This document shows, one piece after another, positions 58,649 to 64,000 of a DNA stretch of 64,000 bases (position 1 is its first letter; the number at the start of each line of letters is the position of its first letter). A program made the translations under genes and the position numbers. The stretch comes from a virus, in IMG/VR virus record IMGVR_UViG_3300042923_000502, positions 32,001 through 96,000 of that record, one strand, 5' to 3'. A model generated the notes under the pieces. It did not search any database. It had not been told where the DNA came from and saw only the letters and a list, made by a program, of their open reading frames with translations.

Positions 58649-58903
58649 CAATGGGGCTAATAATTGTGAGGAAGTAAATGAAAGATAAAGGAGTATTAAT
58701 ATGATATTGGGTTACATTGTATTACTTTTGTTTTCGCTTCCATTCCTTGCTTTGTCCATAGCTCATTATATTGATGCGCACAAGAAAAAGAAAGAAAGTG
58801 ATGGATTTGATTTCATACTAGGTTCTGGTCTATTGATGATATTTATTGCAATGTCTACGTATCATTTTTTGTTTTAATAAAATCATAGGAGCGTGGTTTA
58901 TTA

Positions 58904-59158
58904 ATGATTATTAATGACAATAGAGTAGATAAGAATGTTTATAAAGCAAGAATAGGAGATATTATTATTGACGGAAGAGATACGATGTATCTTATTATTA
59001 TTAATTATATTGAACACGATTATGGTGCTTTGAATTTGGAAACATTAGTGGTAGATTATATTGAATCTGAAATTGAACGTTTGATTGAAGACATTAACCA
59101 TGACTATGTAGTAAAAGAGATTGTACCTCAAGAAAAAATCTCCATAAATATCTCTTGA
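58904..59158 (+). CDS. Hypothetical protein
   Basis: RBS AGGAG. Confidence 0.65.
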   Translation: MIINDNRVDKNVYKARIGDIIIDGRDTMYLIIINYIEHDYGALNLETLVVDYIESEIERLIEDINHDYVVKEIVPQEKISINIS

Positions 59159-59225
59159 CAAAATCAGTTTTATATGATAAAATGATAACACAAATGAAAG
59201 ATAAAATGAAACGGGAGGAATAATA

Positions 59226-59561
59226 GTGATTAATATTAAAACACAAAAGTTGAACAAGGAAATTGTAAGTATGGAAGGTGTGGAGCAACTTGTATCTATT
59301 CGCATGGAAAACGAATATGATCAATTTATTTCAGTATCTTCAAATTCAACATATGACGGAGAAGAAAGTTTGCTTTATGCAAAGAATAATCAAGAGGATT
59401 CGGATTCGGATATTGCGATTGAAATAGGAGATTTAGAAGATGAAGATGATTCTTATACAACCTCTATTTCAGCAAAAGATGCAATTAAACTTGGAGAAGC
59501 TTTAATCTCAATGGGAAAGTTCATCTTAGATGAATCAAATTATTCTATTCCCAAAGCATAA
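59226..59561 (+). CDS. Acidic hypothetical protein
   Basis: RBS GGGAGG; promoter TTGACA-17-TAAAAT at 59155. Confidence 0.7.
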   Translation: MINIKTQKLNKEIVSMEGVEQLVSIRMENEYDQFISVSSNSTYDGEESLLYAKNNQEDSDSDIAIEIGDLEDEDDSYTTSISAKDAIKLGEALISMGKFILDESNYSIPKA

Positions 59562-59623
59562 ATGAAAGATAAAATGAGTGGACTTGTAATATAGTCCACT
59601 CTATTTCTTTAAGGAGGTTTAAT

Positions 59624-60229
59624 ATGGCAAAAGAGGTTATGTGCAAACAATGCAAGAAAAAGTCATCTAAAGAAGAGATGGTTGTACATGTTCATGAAAC
59701 AAGCACAGGAAATAAAACTAAGATGAATTTCCATGAAGAATGTCTTGTAGTGTACTTAAAAGACAAAGAATTCAAAGAAAAGGAACAACAGGAAAAAGAT
59801 GAACTTAATGAAGTTGTTAAGCGTATTCACAATTTAGAAGTTGTTCCTTCTAATTTTTATAGAGACTATGTGGAACCTTTGCGTGGAGGATTCTTCAAAA
59901 GTGGTACAAAAGTAAAAAGATACAAAGAAGGAATTCCGTATAGTGTTATGAAGGATTCTTATCTCTTTATTGAAAAAACGGTTGAGTACTATCGTAAAAA
60001 TAAGGAATTTGATGGTTCTATGGGTTTTTTGAAGTATACGTTTAGCATTATGGTTGACAAGATGCCAATGGCTAAGAAGAAGAAAAAGCAAGAAGAATTT
60101 GCACAGGTAATTCAAAATGAGAATGCTAATATTCAACAATCTCATGAGGACATTATATTTGCAGAGCGTGAGTACAAATTTAAAAAGAAAAGTAATGGTG
60201 GGGTTGACTTGTCAGATCTTTTAGATTAA
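59624..60229 (+). CDS. YorH-like replication protein (Zn ribbon; possible helicase loader)
   Basis: CKQC...FHEEC; ends DLSDLLD; directly upstream of helicase as in SPbeta. Confidence 0.6.
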   Translation: MAKEVMCKQCKKKSSKEEMVVHVHETSTGNKTKMNFHEECLVVYLKDKEFKEKEQQEKDELNEVVKRIHNLEVVPSNFYRDYVEPLRGGFFKSGTKVKRYKEGIPYSVMKDSYLFIEKTVEYYRKNKEFDGSMGFLKYTFSIMVDKMPMAKKKKKQEEFAQVIQNENANIQQSHEDIIFAEREYKFKKKSNGGVDLSDLLD

Positions 60230-60244
60230 GGGTAAGGTGGTAAA

Positions 60245-61858
60245 ATGGCAGTAAAGAAAAGTGTAGCACCAGAGATGAAGAAAGCGGACTACTTGGTTAA
60301 GGCACAAGAAGAGGTATTGATATCGGAAGCATATCTTACAGGATTGTTTTGGTCAAATCCAGAACAATATGCATTCTTTCCAGAGGAAAAGATTAATCGT
60401 AAGACGTTCTTAAATCCAGTGTGGGGTTTTTACTTTGGACTTGGAATGCACATGTACAAAGAGGGTATTCGTGTATTTGACGATATCTCTATTATGAAAC
60501 ACGTAAAAGATATAAATGCAGAAGCGGTGTTTGACAAATACGGTGGATTTGAAACCGTAAATGAAGTAATGGAAGAAGTAGAAGGAAGACTTGAAAATCT
60601 AGATGCATATTATGCAAACATCAAGAAATATAGACTTCTTTGTGATCTATCAGATTTATTTGGTAGTCAAGTATTTAAGAAGTCGGAGAAATACGATTAT
60701 CGTCAACTTGACAAAGAAACATTGTTCAATTTTTGGATGGATAAGGTCAACAAGCTTGGTCTTGATGGTGATGCGAAATACGATGAACACTTCCTCTTAG
60801 AAGGTCTTGAAGCTGACATTAAAGAGTGGAGTGAAAGTCCAGATATTGGATTGGAATTTTATAATAGTCCACTTATGTCTAAAATATGTACGGGTTGGGA
60901 CTTTGGCAACATGTACATTTATGGCGGATTTGGTGGATCAGGCAAAACTTCATTTACATTTAATAAAGTGGTTATGTCTTGTATTGAAAGCCAAGAAAAA
61001 CTATTGATTATTGCAAATGAGCAAGGTATTAAGGAATTCAAGAAGCTACTTATCACAACGGCATTAGGAATTAAGAAAGAATACTTGAAACGTCAACGGT
61101 TAAATGAAGGTGAATTTACCGAAGAAGAGAATAAAAAGCTTGAAAACGCAGTAAAATGGGTTAGAGAGTTCTCTCAAAATAATAGTAAACTTATAGCTTT
61201 CGTTTTTATGGAAGACTATGTGATTCCAGACGTTAAAAAAATTGTACGTCACTATTCTAATCGCGGATACAAGTCGGTAATCGTAGATACAGCAAAACCA
61301 AGTGAGTCCGCAGGTGACAAACAACGTTGGGAAATCTTCACAGATGATTTTAAAGAGTTGTATAAGCTATGCAGACCAAATGGCGGCGGTTTGAATCTTA
61401 GAATGTGGGTTAACGTTCAATTAGCGGACAATGCGTTAGGGAGAAGGTTCTTGGACGAAGCCGCACTAGGAGACTCTAAGAAGATTAAAAACGAAGCATC
61501 TGTTATGTTTATGGGGAGAGTGGTATGGGCTGACGAATTTGAAGGTGGAGACAAAGAATTGAAAGTCTTTAAATGGGTCAAGAAAGACTCAGAAGAAGAT
61601 GACAATCCTTTTTCCGAAGACGGAAAATCAGATGATGGATTTCATTTGCGTAAAAAGGAATTTGCACTTAAACCATTCTACACAGACAAACACGGCAATC
61701 AACATCCCAATCAGTATCTTTTATTATTCACTCCTAAGAACAGAAGAGGAACAGATCAGAAAGGAGGTCAAGCGGTATTGGTCTTACAATCCAACTTCAA
61801 CAACAACAGTTGGCAGGAGGTAGGTTGGACAGTTATTCACAATGATAGAAACTATTGA
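60245..61858 (+). CDS. DnaB-like replicative helicase (YorI-like)
   Basis: GGFGGSGKT, IIANEQ, IVDT.KP, VQL, SKKIKNEAS, KNRRG. Confidence 0.85.
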   Translation: MAVKKSVAPEMKKADYLVKAQEEVLISEAYLTGLFWSNPEQYAFFPEEKINRKTFLNPVWGFYFGLGMHMYKEGIRVFDDISIMKHVKDINAEAVFDKYGGFETVNEVMEEVEGRLENLDAYYANIKKYRLLCDLSDLFGSQVFKKSEKYDYRQLDKETLFNFWMDKVNKLGLDGDAKYDEHFLLEGLEADIKEWSESPDIGLEFYNSPLMSKICTGWDFGNMYIYGGFGGSGKTSFTFNKVVMSCIESQEKLLIIANEQGIKEFKKLLITTALGIKKEYLKRQRLNEGEFTEEENKKLENAVKWVREFSQNNSKLIAFVFMEDYVIPDVKKIVRHYSNRGYKSVIVDTAKPSESAGDKQRWEIFTDDFKELYKLCRPNGGGLNLRMWVNVQLADNALGRRFLDEAALGDSKKIKNEASVMFMGRVVWADEFEGGDKELKVFKWVKKDSEEDDNPFSEDGKSDDGFHLRKKEFALKPFYTDKHGNQHPNQYLLLFTPKNRRGTDQKGGQAVLVLQSNFNNNSWQEVGWTVIHNDRNY

Positions 61859-61876
61859 TTGAAAGGTGTGGTTTGC

Positions 61877-62470
61877 TTGATTGTTACAAGTGAAATAAAA
61901 AATGATTTTATATTGGGGTCATCTCTTGGAGATGGCTCCATAAAGAAAAGTGCTAGAAGCGCAAATTACTATATGAAATTTGGTCATTGTGAAAATCAAT
62001 ATGACTATTTGATTTTTAAATCAAAAGTATTGAAAGACATTTGCATGGAGGACTTAAAGGTTAGACGAAGTATAGACAAGAGAAGCAAATCAACTCAACC
62101 TTTTTATGAGTTTACCACAAGATCAAATCCTATATTTCATAAATTCAAGGAAATGAGTCATTTAGATCATATTAGAGAGCTAAATATAAATAGTTTGCTC
62201 ATATGGTATTTAGACGATGGAAGTATTAGACCTGATAGATACGGACTAAGAATATCTTGTGCTAGATTTACTATGGAGGAAGTAATTGAAACTTGTTCCA
62301 TTATCAATGAAAAATTTAATACAGAATTTTCGATAGTAAATAGCAAAAGCAAGAAGCATGGTCATGATGGAATAGGTCTAAAAAAAGATGGAACAAGTTA
62401 CTTCCTTGAAATTATTAAGAAATCTGATTTTTACAATGAAATTCCAGAGTGTATGAGATATAAACTTTGA
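61877..62470 (+). CDS. LAGLIDADG homing endonuclease
   Basis: ILGSSLGDGSI; LIWYLDDGS. Confidence 0.88.
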   Translation: MIVTSEIKNDFILGSSLGDGSIKKSARSANYYMKFGHCENQYDYLIFKSKVLKDICMEDLKVRRSIDKRSKSTQPFYEFTTRSNPIFHKFKEMSHLDHIRELNINSLLIWYLDDGSIRPDRYGLRISCARFTMEEVIETCSIINEKFNTEFSIVNSKSKKHGHDGIGLKKDGTSYFLEIIKKSDFYNEIPECMRYKL

Positions 62471-62481
62471 GAGGTGTACAA

Positions 62482-62757
62482 ATGTTATATAAAATTAAAT
62501 CAAACGAAGATTTGCACACTAGATGGACTAAGCTTGCAAAGAAAACTTCTAAACGTCTTAACTCCATATCGTTTTTACAGAACGATATGGAGGTTTCCAA
62601 AGAAGAGATGAATAAATGGTTTAGAGAGTCATTAGAAGATATTCAAAAGATGGATCAAGACTTTAAGGATACGGTTCAAGAGATGTTAAACATTAGAAGT
62701 GATGCAATCAAATACTTGAAAGCTCAAATCGAACTTAATGAGAGGGGAAATAAGTAA
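62482..62757 (+). CDS. Coiled-coil hypothetical protein
   Basis: RBS GAGGTG. Confidence 0.65.
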   Translation: MLYKIKSNEDLHTRWTKLAKKTSKRLNSISFLQNDMEVSKEEMNKWFRESLEDIQKMDQDFKDTVQEMLNIRSDAIKYLKAQIELNERGNK

Positions 62758-63107
62758 TGAGCAAACATTTGTGGGAAGTAGATCATTCGTATTATTGTGG
62801 TGTATATGGTGGAGATAGATATGACAATCTCGATGATTTCCTTGACGAGTGGGGCGATTGCGATCCAGATTACAATCTATTGTTTAGATGGGACTGGAAT
62901 GAGTATGATCCAGATGAATTTGAAGATGATGAACTCGATGAAGATCACTCTACCAAAGATATATTGAATATCTTTTGGGTACAACAACGAAAAGGAAGCC
63001 TTTATTCGTGTAAAGTGAGAGTGTCTAAGGATGAAGAAGATAAAGTAAAGGAATTTCTTGAACCAAGATGGAGCCACTTAGCATCCTTATGGGAGCCTTT
63101 GGTATGA
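62757..63107 (+). CDS. Hypothetical phage protein
   Basis: HLWEVDHSYYC...DYNLLFRWDW...QRKG. Confidence 0.75.
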   Translation: MSKHLWEVDHSYYCGVYGGDRYDNLDDFLDEWGDCDPDYNLLFRWDWNEYDPDEFEDDELDEDHSTKDILNIFWVQQRKGSLYSCKVRVSKDEEDKVKEFLEPRWSHLASLWEPLV

Positions 63108-63154
63108 AGAACTTACTGAAAAAATATTTTAACAAAAATAAGGGAGATGTTAAA

Positions 63155-63484
63155 ATGAACAAAATGGTAATCAATGGAGTGTCATACGAAGTTCCTCAAG
63201 GTGCGAGTCTATCAATTAACAATGGAGTTGTAAAGGTCAATGGTCAAGTAATTACTTCTGGATTAAGTGGTGTAGTTGAACTAAAAGTAGAAGGAGACAT
63301 TGGACAATTACGAACGGATGCAAGTGTAAGCATGAATGGCAATGTCTTAGGCGACATTGACGCTGGCGGTAGCGTTTCGATTAAAGGCAATGTAAAAGGC
63401 AATGTAGATGCGGGTGGAAGTGTGTCATGTGGCAATGTCGGTGGGAATGTTGATGCTGGTGGAAGTATTAGTATGAAACGATGA
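63155..63484 (+). CDS. Beta-helix-like repeat protein
   Basis: Three G(N/D)(V/I)DAGGS(V/I)S repeats. Confidence 0.7.
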   Translation: MNKMVINGVSYEVPQGASLSINNGVVKVNGQVITSGLSGVVELKVEGDIGQLRTDASVSMNGNVLGDIDAGGSVSIKGNVKGNVDAGGSVSCGNVGGNVDAGGSISMKR

Positions 63485-63503
63485 ATGAAATGAGGTAATT
63501 AAA

Positions 63504-64000
63504 ATGGGTAATTTTATAGATTTAACTGGGAAAAATTTTGGATCGCTCAAAGTAATAGAAAGAGCGGAAAACCAGAATAAGAGAGTTATGTGGCTATGTC
63601 AGTGCAATTGTGCAAAGAATACAATAAAGAAAGTTCAATCCTCTCATTTGATATCAGGGAAAATAATTTCATGTGGCTGTGTCAAAGGAACAAAACACGG
63701 TTTAAGTCAAACAAAAATATATAATGTTTATGTGAGCATAAAACAAAGATGTTATAATGAAAATTGTGATATCTACATCAATTATGGAGAAAGAGGTATA
63801 CGTGTATGTGAAGAGTGGTTAGGAGAGAGTGGATTTATATCTTTTTACAATTGGTCTAATGCAAATGGATACAAAGAAGGTCTGTCAATCGACAGAATTG
63901 ATGTTAATGGCAATTACGAGCCGTCAAATTGTAGATGGGCTACAATTAAAGAGCAGAGTTTAAACAAGAGAAGTTCTACGCTTTTGACATTAAAAGGAGT
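63504..64000 (+). CDS. HNH homing endonuclease (runs off window edge)
   Basis: Translated by hand: DLTGKNFG.L.VI...WLCQC...SCGC...KQRC...YGERGIRVCEEW...SIDRIDVNGNYEPSNCRWAT. Confidence 0.85.
   Translation, partial: MGNFIDLTGKNFGSLKVIERAENQNKRVMWLCQCNCAKNTIKKVQSSHLISGKIISCGCVKGTKHGLSQTKIYNVYVSIKQRCYNENCDIYINYGERGIRVCEEWLGESGFISFYNWSNANGYKEGLSIDRIDVNGNYEPSNCRWATIKEQSLNKRSSTLLTLKG

Larger units (their letters stand above)
15927..59574 (+). repeat. Dispersed 17-bp box ACAA(A/G)T-N3-AGATAAAA, at least 18 copies
   Basis: Copies (0-1 mismatch) at 15927, 31387, 31624, 36024, 36825, 41215, 43549, 43617, 47930, 49852, 49913, 51041, 52212, 53611, 53686, 54074, 57010, 59190, 59558; all on + strand at gene junctions. 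Confidence 0.8.

Noticed and set aside
39569-62470. Group I introns around the GIY-YIG and LAGLIDADG genes
   Set aside because: Flanking genes look complete and intergenic gaps are under 20 nt, leaving no room for an intron core.
4963-63435. Minus-strand and alternative-frame ORFs (e.g. 23932-24696, 31121-31627)
   Set aside because: Shadows of well-supported + strand genes, lacking RBS and motifs.
1-64000. tRNA or rRNA genes
   Set aside because: No cloverleaf with a T-loop GTTCRA consensus or rRNA-like sequence was recognised in intergenic gaps; tRNAscan-SE would settle this.

Overview
This window is part of a large, AT-rich Bacillota phage genome related to SPbeta-like siphoviruses (YopQ/MrpR-like pair; YorF/G/H/I-like replication genes). 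After 4.1 kb essentially every gene is on the + strand. Layout: (1) a truncated minus-strand RsfA-like regulator (1-509); (2) ~3.6 kb of non-coding DNA, probably near the genome end, with a strand-composition switch, a DnaA box, seven cre/CcpA-like operators and CGAACAT repeats, then a sigmaA promoter and a ~790-nt ORF-less leader; (3) an early region (4.1-16.4 kb) of small unknown genes punctuated by 22 similarly built ~62-nt hairpins; (4) UvrD/PcrA helicase, HNH proteins, DUF262, DUF2786, MrpR-like repressor, two Ser/Thr kinases, YqeY, pnuC-nadR, an ACP-like protein lacking the attachment Ser, and an RNA-repair cluster (Rnl1, PNK-HD, Rnl2, CCA-adding enzyme); (5) replication genes (SSB, AAA ATPase, DnaB-like helicase), a lytic transglycosylase, PcfJ, a DNA methyltransferase and free-standing homing endonucleases. 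The most striking hidden signal: CAG/CTG (CWG) is absent from 2851-7129 and occurs only three times in 999-7129, then is abundant immediately after. This suggests a motif-purged, first-entering segment whose six genes may neutralise a CWG-targeting host defence. All counts were made by eye and need computational confirmation.
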